Shown here: positions 25,601-41,220 of the stretch, in pieces
Layout: each line of letters begins with the position of its first letter
Numbering within the stretch: position 1 is the stretch's first letter
DNA from: Eledone cirrhosa
Taxonomy: Eukaryota
Reading direction: 5' to 3'
DNA: 64,000 bases
NCBI GenBank assembly: GCA_964016885.1
Contig: OZ024741.1
Location: forward strand, 408,456,001 to 408,520,000
Notes under the pieces: model-generated
Seen by the model: only the letters and a program-made list of their open reading frames with translations
Told to the model about the DNA's origin: nothing
Databases searched by the model: none
Position numbers and translations under genes: made by a program

Positions 25601-28600
25601 GCCTTATCCTATGTTGTTCACCTTATAACAAGCCTTATCCTATGTGGCCCACCATGTGACAAGCCTTATCGTATATGGCTCACCTTATGACAAGCCTTAT
25701 CCTATGTGGCTCACCTTATGACAAAACTTATTGTATGTGGCCAAACTTATGACAAGCCTTATCCTATGTGACAAACCTTATGACAAGCCTTATCCTATGT
25801 GGCTCACCTGATGACAAGCCTTATCCTATGTGGCTCTTATGACAAGCCTTATCCTATATGGCCAACCTTATTACAAGCCTTATCCGATGTGGCCCACCTT
25901 ATGACCAGCCTTATCCTATGTGGCCAACCTTATGTCAAGACTTATTCTATGTGGCCAACCTTATGACAAGCCTTATCCAATATGGCTGCCCTTATGACAA
26001 GCCTTATCCGATGTGGCTCCCCTTATGACAAGCCTTATCCTATGTAGCCCACCTTATGACCAGCCTTATCCTATGTGGATCCCCTAATGACAAGCCTTAT
26101 TCTTTGAGGCCAACCTTATGCAAAACATATCCTCTGTGGCCAACCTTTTGACAAGTCTTATCCTATGTGGTCAACCTTTTGACACGGCTTATTCTATGTG
26201 GCCCTTATGACAAGCATTTTCCTATGTGGCCCACCTTATGACAAGCCTTATCCTCCGAAGCTCCCCTTATCACAAGCCTTATCCTATGTGGGCAACCTTA
26301 TGACAAGCCTTATCCTATGTGGCTCACCTTATCTCAAGCCTTATCGTATACGGCTCACCTTATGACAAGCTTTATCCTATGTGGCCAACCTAATGACAAG
26401 CCTTATTCTATGTGGCCAACCTTATGACAAGCCTTATCCTATGTGCCAAACTTATGACAAGCCTTATCCTATGTGACCCACCTTATGACAACCCTTTTTC
26501 TATGTGGATCACCCTATAACAAGGCTTATCCTATGTGGCTCACCTTATGACAAGCCTTATCCAATGTGGCCCTTATGACAAGCCTTATCCTATGTGCACG
26601 TATGACAAGCCCTATCCTATGTGGATCCAATTATGACAAGCCTTATCCTATGTGGCCAACCGTATGACAAGCCTTATCCTATGAGGCTCCCCTTATGACA
26701 AGCCGTATCCTATGTGGCCAACTTTATGACAAGACTTATCCTATGTGGCCAACCTTATGACAAGCCTTATCCTATGTGGCACTTATGACAAGCCTTATCC
26801 TATGTGGCCAACCTTATGACAAGCCTTATCCTATGTGGGTCACCTTATGACAAGCCTTATCCTATGAGGCTCCCCTTATGACAAGCCTTATCCTATGTGG
26901 CCAACCTTATGACAAGCCTTATCCTATGTGGCCAACCTTACGACAAGCCTTATCTTATGTGGCTCACCTTATGACAAGCCTTATCCTATGTGGCCAACCT
27001 TATGACAAGGCTTATCCTATGTGGCTCACCTTATGATAAGCCTTATTTTATGTGGCTCTTATGACAAGTATTATCCTGTGGCCCACCTTATGACAAGCCT
27101 TATCCTATGTGGCCAACCTTATGACAAGTCTTATCCTATGGGGCTCCCCTTATCACAAGCCTTATCCTATGTGGTCAACCTTATGACAAGCCTTATTTTA
27201 TGTGGCCCTTATGACAAGCATTATCCTATTAGGCCCACCTTATGACAAGGCTTATCCTATGTGGCCCCCCTTATGACAAGCCTTTTCCTATGTGGATCAC
27301 CTTATAACAAGCCTTATCCTATGTAGCTCACCGTATGACAAGCCTTATCCTGTGGCCAACCTTATGAAAAGCCTTATCCTATGTGGCCCGTATGACAAGC
27401 CTTATCCTATGTGGCCAACCTTATGACAAGCCTTATCCTATGTGGCCGACCTTATTACAAGCCTTATCCTATGTGGCCAACCTTATTACAAGCCTTATCC
27501 TATGTGGCCAACCTTATTACAAGCCTTATCCTATGTAGCAAACCTTATGACAAGCCTTATCCTATGTGGCTCACCTTATGATAAGACTTATCCTATGTGG
27601 CCAACCTTATGACAAGCCTTATCCTATGTGACAAACCTTATGACAAGCCTTATCCTATGTGGCTCACCTGATGACAAGCCTTATCCTATGTGGCTCTTAT
27701 GACAAGCCTTATCCTATATGGCCAACCTTATTACAAGCCTTATCCGATGTGGCCCACCTTATGACCAGCCTTATCCTATGTGGATCCCCTTATGACAAGC
27801 CTTATTCTTTGAGGCCAACCTTATGCAAAACATATCCTCTGTGGCCAACCTTTTGACATGTCTTATCCTATGTGGCCAACCTTATGTCAAGACTTATTCT
27901 ACGTGGCCAACCTTATGACAAGCCTTATCCTATGTGGCTCCCCTTATGACAAGCCTTATCCTATGTAGCCCAGCTTATGACAAGCCTTATCCTATGTGGC
28001 CCACCTTATGACCAGCCTTATCATATGTGGATCCCCTAATGACAAGCCTTATTCTTTGAGGCCAACCTTATGCAAAACATATCCTCTGTGGCCAACCTTT
28101 TCACAAGTTTTATCCTATGTGGTCAACCTTATGATACGTCTTATTCTATGTGGCCCTTATGACAAGCATTTTCCTATGTGGCCCACCTTATGACAAGCTT
28201 TATCCTCCGAAGCTCCCCTTATCACAAGCCTTATCCTATGTGGCCCTTATGATGAGCCTTATTTTATGAGGCTCCCCTTATGACAAGCCTTATCCTATGA
28301 GGCTCCCATTATGACAAGCCTTATCCTATGTGGCCCACCTTATGACAAGCCTTATCCTATGTGGCTCACCTCATGACAAGCTTTATCCTATGTGGCCAAC
28401 CTAATGACAAGCCTTATTCTATGTGGCCAACCTTATGACAAGCCTTATCCTATGTGCCAAACTTATGACAAGCCTTATCCTATGTGACCCACCTTATGAC
28501 AACCCTTTTCCTATGTGGATCACTCTATAACAAGCCTTATCCTATGTGCACGTATGACAAGCCCTATCCTATGTGGATCCACTTATGACAAGCCTCATCC

Positions 28601-31600
28601 TATGTGGCCAACCGTATGACAAGCCTTATCCTATGAGGCTCCCCTTATGACAAGCCGTATCCTATGTGGCCAACTTTATGACAAGCCTTATCCTATGTGG
28701 CCAACCTTATGACAAGCCTTATCCTATGTGGCTCACCTTATGACAAGCCTTATCCTATGAGGCTCCCCGTATGACAAGCCTTATCCTATGTGGCCAACCT
28801 TATAACAAGCCTTATCCTATGTGGCCAACCTTACGACACGCCTTATCTTATGTGGCTCACCTTATGACAAGCCTTATCCTATGTGGCCAACCTTATGACA
28901 AGCCTTATCCTATGTGGCTCACCTTATGATAAGCCTTATTTTATGTGGCTCTTATGACAAGTATTATCCTGTGGCCCACCTTATGACAAGCCTTATCCTA
29001 TGTGGCCCACTTCATGACAAGCCTTTTCCTATGTGGATCACCTCATATCAAGCCTTATCCTATGTGGCTCACCTTATGACAAGCCCTATCATATGTGGCC
29101 CTTATGACAAGCCTTATCCTATGTGGACCATATGACAAGCCTTATCCTATGTGGTTCCCCTTATGACAAGCCTTATCCTATGTGGCCAACCTTATGACAA
29201 GACATATCCTATAACGCTGCCCTTATGACAAGCCTTATCCTAAGTGGCCAATCTTATGACAAGCCTTATCCTATGTTGCCCTTATGACAAGCCTTATCCT
29301 ATGCGGCCAACCTTATGCAAGCACTATCCTATGTGGCTCCCCTTATCACAAGCCTTATCCTATGTGGCCCTTAAGAAAGCCTTATCCTATGTAGCCAACC
29401 TTATGACAAGCCTTATTTTAGGTGGCTCCCCTTATGACAAGCCTTATCCTATGAGGCCCCCCTTATGACAAGCCTTATCCTATGTGGCCCAACTTATGAT
29501 AAGCCTTATCCTATGTGGCCAACCTTATGACAAGCCTTATCCTATGGGGCTCCCCTTATCACAAGCCTTATCCTATGTGGTCAACCTTATGACAAGCCTT
29601 ATTTTATGTGGCCCTTATGACAAGCATTATCCTATTAGGCCCACCTTATGACAAGGCTTATCCTATGTGCCCCCCCTTATGACAAGCCTTTTCCTATGTG
29701 GATCACCTTATAACAAGCCTTATCCTATGTGGCTCACCGTATGACAAGCCTTATCATATGTGGCCCTTTATACAAGCCTTATTTTATGAGGCTCCCTTTA
29801 TGACAAGCCTTATCCTATGAGGCTCCCATTATGACAAGCCTTATCATATGTGGCCAACCTTATGACAAGCCTTATCCTATGTGGCCAACCTTATTACAAG
29901 CCTTATCCTATGTGGCCAACCTTATTACAAGCCTTATCCTATGTGGCCAAACTTTTGACAAGTCTTATCCTATGTGGCTCCCCTTATGACAAGCCTTATC
30001 CTATGTGGCTCCCCTTATGACAAGTCTTATCCTATGTGGCTCTTATGACAAGTATTATCCTGTGGCCCACCTTATGATCAGCCTTATCCTATGTGGCCCA
30101 CCTTATGACAAGCCTTAACCTATGTGGCTTCCCTTATGACAAGCCTTTTCCTATGTGGCCCACCTTATGATAAGCCTTATCCTATGTGGCTCCGCTTATG
30201 ACAAGCCTTATTCTTGGAGACCAAACATATGACATGCCTTATCCTCTGTGGCCAATCTTATGACAAGTCTTATCCTATGAGGTCAATCTTATGACAAGCC
30301 TTATTTTATGTGGCCTTTATGACAAGCATTATCCTATGTGGGCTACCTTATGACAAGCCTTATCCTATGTGGCCCACCTTATGACAAGCCATTTCAAATG
30401 TGGATCACCTTATAACAAGCCTTATCCTATGTGGCTCACCTTATGACAAGCCTTAACATATGTGGCCCTTATGACAAGCCTTATCCTATGTGGCTCCCGT
30501 CATGACAAGACTAATCCTATGTGGTCAACCTTATGACAAGCCTTATCCTATGTGGCCAACCTTATGCAATCCTTATCCTATGTGGCTCACATTATGACAA
30601 GCCTTATCCTATGTGACTCCCCTTATGAGAAGCCTTATCCTATGTGGCTCTCCTTATGACAAACCTTATCCTATGTGGCCCTTATGACAAGCCTTATCCT
30701 ATGTGGCCAACCTTATGACAAGCCTTAACCTATGTGGCTCACCTTATGACAAGCCTTGTCGTATATGGCTCAACTTATGACAAGCTTTATCCTATGTGGC
30801 TCACCTTATGACAAGCCTTATCCTATGTGACCCTCATAACAAGCCTTATCGTATGTGGCTCACCTAATGACAAGCCTTATACTATGTGGCTCACCTTATG
30901 ACAAGCCTTAGCCTATGTGGCCCACCTTATGACAAGCCTTATCCTATGTGGCCCACCTTATGACAAGCCTTATCCTATGTGGATCCCTTTATGACAAGCA
31001 TTATTCTTTCACGCAAACCTTATGACGAAACTTATTCTCTGTGGCCAACTTTATGACAAGCCTTATCCTATGTGGTCAACCTTATGACACGCCTTATTCT
31101 ATGTGGCCCTTATGAAAAGCATTATACTATGTGGCTCAGCTTATGACAAGCCTTATTCTATGTGGCCCACCTTATGACAAGCCTTTTCCTATGTGGATCA
31201 CCTTATGACAAGCCTTATCCTGTGTGGCTCTTATGACAAGCCGTATCCTATGTGGCCCGTATGACAAGCCCTATCCTATCTGGCTCCTCTTATGACAAGC
31301 CTTATCCTATGTGGCCAACCTTATGACAAGCCTTATCCTATGAGGCTCCCCTTATGACAAGCCTTATCATATGTGGCCAACCTTATGACAAGCCTTATCA
31401 TGTGGCCAACCTTATGAAAAGCCTTATCCTATGTGGCCCGTATGACAAGCATTATCCTATGTGGGCTACCTTATGACAAGCCTTATCCTATGTGGCCCAC
31501 CTTATTACAAGCCTTTTCATATGTGGATCACCTTATAACAAGCCTTATCCTATGTGGCTCACCTTATGACAAGCCTTATCATATGTGGCCCTTATGACAA

Positions 31601-34600
31601 GCCTTATCCTATGTGGCTCCCGTAATGACAAGCCTTACCCTATGTGGTCAACCTTATGACAAGCCTTATCCTATGACGCTGCCCTTATGACAAGCCTTAT
31701 CCTAAGTGGCCCACCTTATGACAAGCCTTATGCTATGTGGCCAACCTTATGCAAGCCTTATCCTATGTGGCTCACTTATGACAATCCTTATCGTATGAGG
31801 CTCCCCTTATCACAAGCCTTATCCTATGTGGCCCATCTTATGACAAGCCATTTCAAATGTGGATCACCTTATAACAAGCCTAATCCTATGTGGCTCACCT
31901 TATGACAAACCTTAACATATGTGACTCTTATGACAAGCCTTATCCTATGTGGCTCCCGTCATGACGAGCCTTATCCTATGTGGTCAACCTTATGACAAGC
32001 CTTATCCTCTGTGGCCACCCTTATTACAAGCCTTATACTATGTGGCCAAACTTTTGACAAGTCTTATCCTATGTGGCTCCCCTTATGACAAGCCTTATCC
32101 TATGTGGCTCCCCTTATGACAAGTCTTATCCTATGTGGCTCTTATGACAAGTATTATCCTGTGGCCCACCTTATGATCAGCCTTATCCTATGTGGCCCAC
32201 CTTATGACAAGCCTTAACCTATGTGGCTTCCCTTATGACAAGCCTTATCCTATGTGGCCCACCTTATGATAAGCCTTATCCTATGTGGCCCACCGTATGA
32301 CAAGCCTTATCCTATGTGGCTCCGCTTATGACAAGCCTTATTCTTGGAGACCAAACATATGACATGCCTTATCCTCTGTGGCCAATCTTATGACAAGTCT
32401 TATCCTACGTGGTCAATCTTATGACAAGCCTTATTTTATGTGGCCCTTAAGACAAGCATTATCCTATGTGGGCTACCTTATGACAAGCCTTATCCTATGT
32501 GGCCCACCTTATGACAAGCCTTATCATATGTGGCCCTTATGACAAGCCTTATCCTATGTGGCTCCCGTAATGACAAGCCTTACCCTATGTGGCCCACCTT
32601 ATGACAAGTCTTATGCTATGTGGCCAACCTTATGACAAGCCTTATCCTATGTGGCCAACCTTATGCAAGCCTTATCCTATGTGGCTCACTTATGACAATC
32701 CTTATCGTATGAGGCTCCCCTTATCACAAGCCTTATCCTATGTGGCCCAACTTATGACAAGCCTTATCCTATGTGGCCAACCTTATGACAAGCCTTATCC
32801 TATGTGGCTCCCCTTATGACAAGCCTTATCCTATTTGGCCAACCTTATGACAAGCCTTATCCTATGTGGCCAACCTTATGACAAGCCTTATCCTATGTGG
32901 CTCACCTTGTGACAAGCCTTATCCTATGTGGCTAACCTTATGACACGCCTTAACCTATTTGGCCCTTATGACAAGCATTATACTATGTGGCCCACCTTAT
33001 GACAAGCCTTATCCTATGTGGCTCACCTGATGACAAGCCTTATCCTATGTGGCCCTTATGACAAGCCTTATCCTATATGGCCAACCTTATCACAAGCCTT
33101 ATTCTTGGAGACCAAACATATGACATGCCTTATCCTCTGTGGCCAATCTTATGACAAGTCTTATCCTATGTGCTCAATCTTATGACAAGCCTTATTTTAT
33201 GTGGCCCTTATGACAAGCCTTATCCTATGTGGCCCATCTTATAACAAGCCATTTCAAATGTGGATCACCTTATAACAAGCCTTATCCTATGTGGCTCACC
33301 TTATGACAAACCTTAACATATGTGGCTCTTATGACAAGCCTTATCCTATGTGGCTCCCGTCATGACGAGCCTTATCCTATGTGGTCAACCTTATGACAAG
33401 CCTTATCCTATGACGCTGCCCTTATGACAAGCCTTATCCTAAGTGGCTCACTTTATGACAAGCCTTATCCTATGTGGCCAACCTTATAACAAGCCTTATC
33501 CTATGTGGCTCACCTTGTGACAAGCCTTATCCTATGTGGCTAACATTATGACAAGCTTTATCCTAGGTGGCTTCCCTTATGACAAGCCTTATCCTATGTG
33601 GCCCATCTTATGACAAGCCTTATACTATGTTGCCAACGTTATGACAAGCCTTATCCTATGTGGCTCCCCTTATGAGAAGCCTTATCCTATATGGCTCTCC
33701 TTATGACAAGCCTTATCCTATGTGGCCCTTATGACAAGCCTTATCCTATGTGGCCAACCTTATGACAAGCCTTAACCTATGTGGCTCACCTTATGACAAG
33801 CCTTGTCGTATATGGCTCACCTTATGACAAGCTTTATCCTATGTGGCTCACCTTATGACAAGCCTTATCCTATGTGACCCTCATAACAAGCCTTATCGTA
33901 TGTGGATCACCTTATGACAAGCCTAATACTATGTGGCTCACCTTATGACAAGCCTTATCCTATGTGGCCCACATTATGACAAGCCTTATCCTATGTGGCC
34001 CACATTATGACAAGCCTTATCCTATGTGGATCCCATTATGACAAGCATTATTCTTTGACGCAAACCTTATGACGAAACTTATCCTCTGTGGCCAACTTTA
34101 TGACAAGCCTTATCCTATGTGGTCAACCTTATGACACGCCTTATTCTATGTGGCCCTTATGACAAGCATTATACTATGTGGCTCAGCTTATGACAAGCCT
34201 TATTCTATGTGGCCCACCTTAGGACAAGCCTTTTCCTATGTGGATCACCTTATGACAAGCCTTATCCTGTGTGGCTCTTATGACAAGCCGTATCCTATGT
34301 GGCCCGTATGACAAGCCCTATCCTATCTGGCTCCTCTTATGACAAGCCTTATCCTATGTGGCCAACCTTATGACAAGCCTTATCCTATGAGGCTCCCCTT
34401 ATGTCAAGCCTTATCATATGTGGCCAACCTTATGACAAGCCTTATCCTGTAGCCAACCTTATGAAAAGCCTTATCCTATGTGGCCCGTATGACAAGCCTT
34501 ATCCTATGTGGCCAACCTTATGACAAGTCTTATCCTATGTGGCTCCCCTTATGACAAGCCTTATCCTATGTGGCTCCCCTCATGACAAGTCTTATCCTAT

Positions 34601-37600
34601 GTGGATCTTATGACAAGTATTATCCTGTGGCCCACCTTATGATCAGCCTTATCCTATGTGGCCCACCTTATGACAAGCCTTAACCTATGTGGCTTCCCTT
34701 ATGACAAGCCTTATCCTATGTGGCCGAACTTATGATACGCCTTATCCTAAGTGGCCCACCGTATGACAAGCCTTATCCTATGTGGCTCCGCTTATGACAA
34801 GCCTTATTCTTGGAGACCAAACATATCACATGCCTTATCCTCTGTGGCCAATCTTATGACAAGTCTTATCCTATGTGGTCAATCTTATGACAAGCCTTAT
34901 TTTATGTGGCCCTTATGACAAGAATTATCCTATGTGGGCTACCTTATGACAAGCCTTTTCATATGTGGGTCACCTTATAACAAGCCTTATCCTATGTAGC
35001 TCACCTTATGACAAGCCTTATCATATGTGGCCCTTATGACAAGCCTTATCCTATGTGGCTCCCGTCATGACAAGCCTTATCCTATGTGGTCAACCTTATG
35101 ACAAGCCTTATCCTATGACGCTGCCCTTATGACAAGCCTTATCCTAAGTGGCCCACCTTATGACAAGCCTTATGCTATAAGGCCATCCTTATGACAAGCC
35201 TTATCCTATGTGGCCAACCTTATGTAAGCCTTATCCTATGTGGCTCACTTATGACATGCCTTATCGTATGAGGCTCCCCTTATCACAAGCCTTATCCTAT
35301 GTGGCCCAACTTATGACATGCCTTATCCTATGTGGCCAACCTTATGACAAGCCTTATCCCATGTGGCTCCCCTTATGACAAGCCTTATCCTATTTGGCCA
35401 ACCTTATGACAAGCCTTATCCTATGTGGCCACCCATATGACAAGCCTTATCCTATGTGGCTCACCTTGTGACAAGCCTTATCCTATGTGGCTAACCTTAT
35501 GACACGCCTTATCCTATTTGGCCCTTATGACAAGCATTATACTATGTGGCCCACCTTATGACAAGCCTTATCCTATGTGGCTCACCTGATGACAAGCCTT
35601 ATCATGTGGCCCTTATGACAAGACTTATCCTATATGGCCAACCTTATTACAAGCCTTATTCTTGGAGACCAAACATATGACATGCCTTATCCTCTGTGGC
35701 CAATCTTATGACAAGTCTTATCCTATGTGGTCAATCTTATGACAAGCCTTATCCTATGACGCTGCCCTTATGACAAGCCTTATCCTAAGTGGCCAACCTT
35801 ATGACAAGCCTTATGCTATGTGGCCAACCTTATGACAAGCCTTATCCTATGTGGCCAACCTTATGCAATCCTTATCCTATGTGGCACACTTTATGACAAG
35901 CCTTATCCTATGTGGCCAACCTTATAAGAAGCCTTATCCTATGTGGCTCACCTTGTGACAAGCCTTATCCTATGTGGCTAACCTTATGACAAGCCTTATC
36001 ATATGTGACTAACCTTATGACAAGCTTTATCCTAGGTGGCTTCCCTTATGACAAACCTTATCCTATGTGGCCCATCTTATGACAAGCCTTATACTATGTG
36101 GCCAACCTTATGACAAGCCTTATCCTATGTGGCTCCCCTTATGAGAAGCCTTATCCTATGTGGCTCTCCTTATGACAAGCCTTATCCTATGTGGCCCTTA
36201 TGACAAGCCTTATCGTATGTGGCCAACCTTATGACAAGCCTTAACCTATGTGGGTCACCTTATGACAAGCCTTGTCGTATATGGCTCACCTTATGACAAG
36301 CTTTATCCTATGTGGTTCACCTTATGACAAGCCTTATCCTATGTGACCCTCATAACAAGCCTTATCGTATGTGGCTCACCTTATGAGAAGCCTTATACTA
36401 TGTGGCTCACCTTATGACAAGCCTTATCCTATGTGGCCCACCTTATGACAAGCCTTATCCTATGTGGCCCACCTTATGACAAGCCTTATCCTATGTGGAT
36501 CCCATTATGACAAGCATTGTTCTATGTGGCCCTTATGACAAGCATTATACTATGTGGCTCAGCTTATGACAAGTCTTATTCTATGTGGCCCACCTTATGA
36601 CAAGCCTTTTCCTATGTGGATCACCTTATGACAAGCCTTATCCTGTGTGGCTCTTATGACAAGCCGTATCCTATGTGGCCCGTATGACAAGCCCTATCCT
36701 ATCTGGCTCCTCTCATGACAAGCCTTATCCTATGTGGCCAACCTTATGACAAGCCTTATCCTATGAGGCTCCCCTTATGACAAGCCTTATCATATGTGGC
36801 CAACCTTATGACAAGCCTTATCCTGTGGCCAACCTTATGAAAAGCCTTATCCTATGTGGCCCGTATGACAAGCCTTATCTTATGTGGCCAACCTTATGAC
36901 AAGTCTTATCCTATGTGGCCCACCTTATGACAAGCCATAACCTATGTGGCTTCCCTTATGACAAGCCTTATCCTATGTGGCCCACCTTATGATAAGCCTT
37001 ATCCTATGTGGCCCACCTTATGACAAGCCTTATCCTATGTGGCCCGTATGACAAGCCTTATCCTATGTGGCCAACCTTATGACAAGTCTTATCCTATGTG
37101 GCTCCCCTTATGACAAGCCTTATCCTATGTGGCTCCCCTCATGACAAGTCTTATCCTATGTGGATCTTATGACAAGTATTATCCTGTGGCCCACCTTATG
37201 ATCAGCCTTATCCTATGTGGCCCACCTTATGACAAGCCTTAACCTATGTGGCTTCCCTTATGACAAGCCTTATCCTATGTGGCCGAACTTATGATACGCC
37301 TTATCCTAAGTGGCCCACCGTATGACAAGCCTTATCCTATGTGGCTCCGCTTATGACAAGCCTTATTCTTGGAGACCAAACATATGACATGCCTTATCCT
37401 CTGTGGCCAATCTTATGACAAGTCTTATCCTATGTGGTCAATCTTATGAGAAGCCTTATTTTATGTGGCCCTTATGACAAGAATTATCCTATGTGGGCTA
37501 CCTTATGACAAGCCTTTTCATATGTGGATCACCTTATAACAAGCCTTATCCTATGTAGCTCACCTTATGACAAGCCTTATCATATGTGGCCCTTATGACA

Positions 37601-40600
37601 AGCCTTATCCTATGTGGCTCCCGTCATGACAAGCCTTATCCTATGTGGTCAACCTTATGACAAGCCTTATCCTATGACGCTGCCCTTATGACAAGCCTTA
37701 TCCTAAGTGGCCCACCTTATGACAAGCCTTATGCTATAAGGCCATCCTTATGACAAGCCTTATCCTATGTGGCCAACCTTATGCAAGCCTTATCCTATGT
37801 GGCTCACTTATGACAAGCCTTATCGTATGAGGCTCCCCTTATCACAAGCCTTATCCTATGTGGCCCAACTTATGACATGCCATTATCCTATGTGGCCAAC
37901 CTTATGACAAGCCTTATCCCATGTGGCTCCCCTTATGACAAGCCTTATCCTATTTGGCCAACCTTATGACAAGCCTTATCCTATGTGGCCACCCATATGA
38001 CAAGCCTTATCCTATGTGGCTCACCTTGTGACAAGCCTTATCCTATGTGGCTAACCTTATGACACGCCTTATCCTATTTGGCCCTTATGACAAGCATTAT
38101 ACTATGTGGCCCACCTTATGACAAGCCTTATCCTATGTGGCTCACCTGATGACAAGCCTTATCATATGTGGCCCTTATGACAAGCCTTATCCTATATGGC
38201 CAACCTTATTACAAGCCTTATTCTTGGAGACCAAACATATGACATGCCTTATCCTCTGTGGCCAATCTTATGACAAGTCTTATCCTATGTGGTCAATCTT
38301 ATGACAAGCCTTATTTTATGTGGCCCTTATGACAAGCATTATCCTATGTGGGCTACCTTATGACAAGCCTTTTCCTATGTGGCCCACCTTATGACAAGCC
38401 ATTTCAAATGTGGATCACCTTATAACAAGCCTTATCCTATGTGGCTGACCTTATGACAAGCCTTAACATATGTGGCCCTTATGACAAGCCTTATCCTATG
38501 TGGCTCCCGTCATGACTAGCCTTATCCTATGTGGTCAACCTTATGACAAGCCTTATCCTATGACGCTGCCCTTATGACAAGCCTTAACCTAAGTGGCCAA
38601 CCTTATGACAAGCCTTATGCTATGTGGCCAACCTTATGACAAGCCTTATCCTATGTGGCCAACCTTATGCAATCCTTATCCTATGTGGCACACTTTATGA
38701 CAAGCCTTATCCTATGTGGCCAACCTTATAAGAAGCCTTATCCTATGTGGCTCACCTTGTGACAAGCCTTATCATATGTGGCTAACCTTATGACAAGCCT
38801 TATCATATGTGACTAACCTTATGACAAGCTTTATCCTAGGTGGCTTCCCTTATGACAAACCTTATCCTATGTGGCCCATCTTATGACAAGCCTTATACTA
38901 TGTGGCCAACCTTATGACAAGCCTTATCCTATGTGGCTCCCCTTATGAGAAGCCTTATCCTATGTGGCTCTCCTTATGACAAGCCTTATCCTATGTGGCC
39001 CTTATGACAAGCCTTATCCTATGTGGCCAACCTTATGACAAGCCTTAACCTATGTGGGTCACCTTATGACAAGCCTTGTCGTATATGGCTCACCTTATGA
39101 CAAGCTTTATCCTATGTGGTTCACCTTATGACAAGCCTTATCCTATGTGACCCTCATAACAAGCCTTATCGTATGTGGCTCACCTTATGAGAAGCCTTAT
39201 ACTATGTGGCTCACCTTATGACAAGCCTTATCCTATGTGGCCCACCTTATGACAAGCCTTATCCTATGTGGCCCACCTTATGACAAGCCTTATCCTATGT
39301 GGATCCCATTATGACAAGCATTATTCTTTGACGCAAAACTTATGACGAAACTTATCCTCTGTGGCCAACTTTATGACAAGCCTTATCCTATGTGGTCAAC
39401 CTTATGACACGCCTTATTCTATGTGGCCCTTATGACAAGCATTATACTATGTGGCTCAGCTTATGACAAGTCTTATTCTATGTGGCCCACCTTATGACAA
39501 GCCTTTTCCTATGTGGATCACCTTATGACAAGCCTTATCCTGTGTGGCTCTTATGACAAGCCGTATCCTATGTGGCCCGTATGACAAACCCTATCCTATC
39601 TGGCTCCTCTCATGACAAGCCTTATCCTATGTGGCCAATCTTATGACAAGCCTTATCCTATGAGGCTCCCCTTATGACAAGCCTTATCATATGTGGCCAA
39701 CCTTATGACAAGCCTTATCCTGTGGCCAACCTTATGAAAAGCCTTATCCTATGTGGCCCGTATGACAAGCCTTATCTTATGTGGCCAACCTTATGACAAG
39801 TCTTATCCTATGTGGCTCCCCTTATGACAAGCCTTATCCTATGTGGCTCCCCTCATGACAAGTCTTATCCTATGTGGCTCTTATGACAAGTATTATCCTG
39901 TGACCCACCTTATGATCAGCCTTATCCTATGTGGCCCACCTTATGACAAGCCATAACCTATGTGGCTTCCCTTATGACAAGCCTTATCCTATGTGGCCCA
40001 CCTTATGATAAGCCTTATCCTATGTGGCCCACCTTATGACAAGCCTTATCCTATGTGGCTCCGCTTATGACAAGCCTTATTCTTGGAGACCAAACATATG
40101 ACATGCTTTATCCTCTGTGGCCAATCTTATGACAAGTCTTATCCTATGTGGTCAATCTTATGACAAGCCTTATTTTATGTGGCTCTTATGACAAGCATTA
40201 TCCTACGTGGGCTACCTTATGACAAGCCTTATCCTATGTGTCCCACCTTATGACAAGCCTTTTCATATGTGGATCACCTTATAACAAGCCTTATCCTATG
40301 TGGCTCACCTTATGACAAGCCTTATCATATGTGGCCCTTATTACAAGCCTTATCCTATGTGGCTCCAGTCATGACAATCCTTATCCTATGTGGTCAACCT
40401 TATGACAAGCCTCATCCTATGACGCTGGCCTTATGACAAGCCTTATCCTAAGTGGCCAACCTTATGACAAGCCTTATGCTATGTGGCCAACCTTATGACA
40501 AGCCTTATCCTATGTGGCTAACCTTATGCAAGCCTTATCCTATGTGGCTCACTTATGACAAGCCTTATCGTATGAGGCTCCCCTTATCACAAGCCTTATC

Positions 40601-41220
40601 CTATGTGGCATAACTTATGTCATGCCTTATCCTATGTGGCCAACCTTATGACAAGCCTTATCCTATGTGGCTCTCCTTATGACAAGCCTTATCCTACGTG
40701 GCTCTCCTTATGACAAGCCTTATCCTATGTGGCCAACCTTATGACAAGCCTTATCCTATGTGGCTCACCTTGTGACAAGCCTTATCCTATGTGGCTAACC
40801 TTATGACACACCTTATCTTATTTGGCCCTTATGACAATCATTATACTATGTGGCCCATTTTATGACAAGCCTTATCATATGTGGCTAACCTTATGACAAG
40901 CCTTATCCTAGGTTGCTCCCCTTATGAGAAGCCTTATCCTATGTGGCTCTCCTTATGACAAGCCTTATTCTTTGAGGCCCACGTTATGTCATGCCTTATC
41001 CTATGTGGCCAACCTTATGACAGGCCTTATCCGATGTGGCCCACCTTATGACAAGCCTTATCTATGTGGCCCACCTAATGACAAGCCTTATCCTATGTAG
41101 CCGACCTTATGACAAGCCTTATCCTATGTGGATCACCTTATGACATGCCTTATCCTATGTGGCCCACCTAATGACAAGCCTTATCCTATGTGGCCGACCT
41201 TATGAAAAGCCTTATCCTAG
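22616..41220. repeat. Satellite B, array 2 (~18.6 kb)
   Basis: Same 31/28-bp monomer. The first ~2.2 kb is near-identical to array 1 at offset 9229. It ends at CTTATCCTAG (41220). Confidence 0.98.

Noticed and set aside
7034-32819. Short ORFs in satellites A and B
   Set aside because: Monomer lengths of 53, 31 and 28 are not multiples of 3 and the consensus contains frequent stops. The ORFs are chance stop-free runs that recur because of block duplication.
13387-41220. CRISPR-like array (31-bp repeat with a variable slot)
   Set aside because: There are no unique spacers, since the slot is only 0-3 nt and reuses a few variants. There are no cas genes and the context is eukaryotic.
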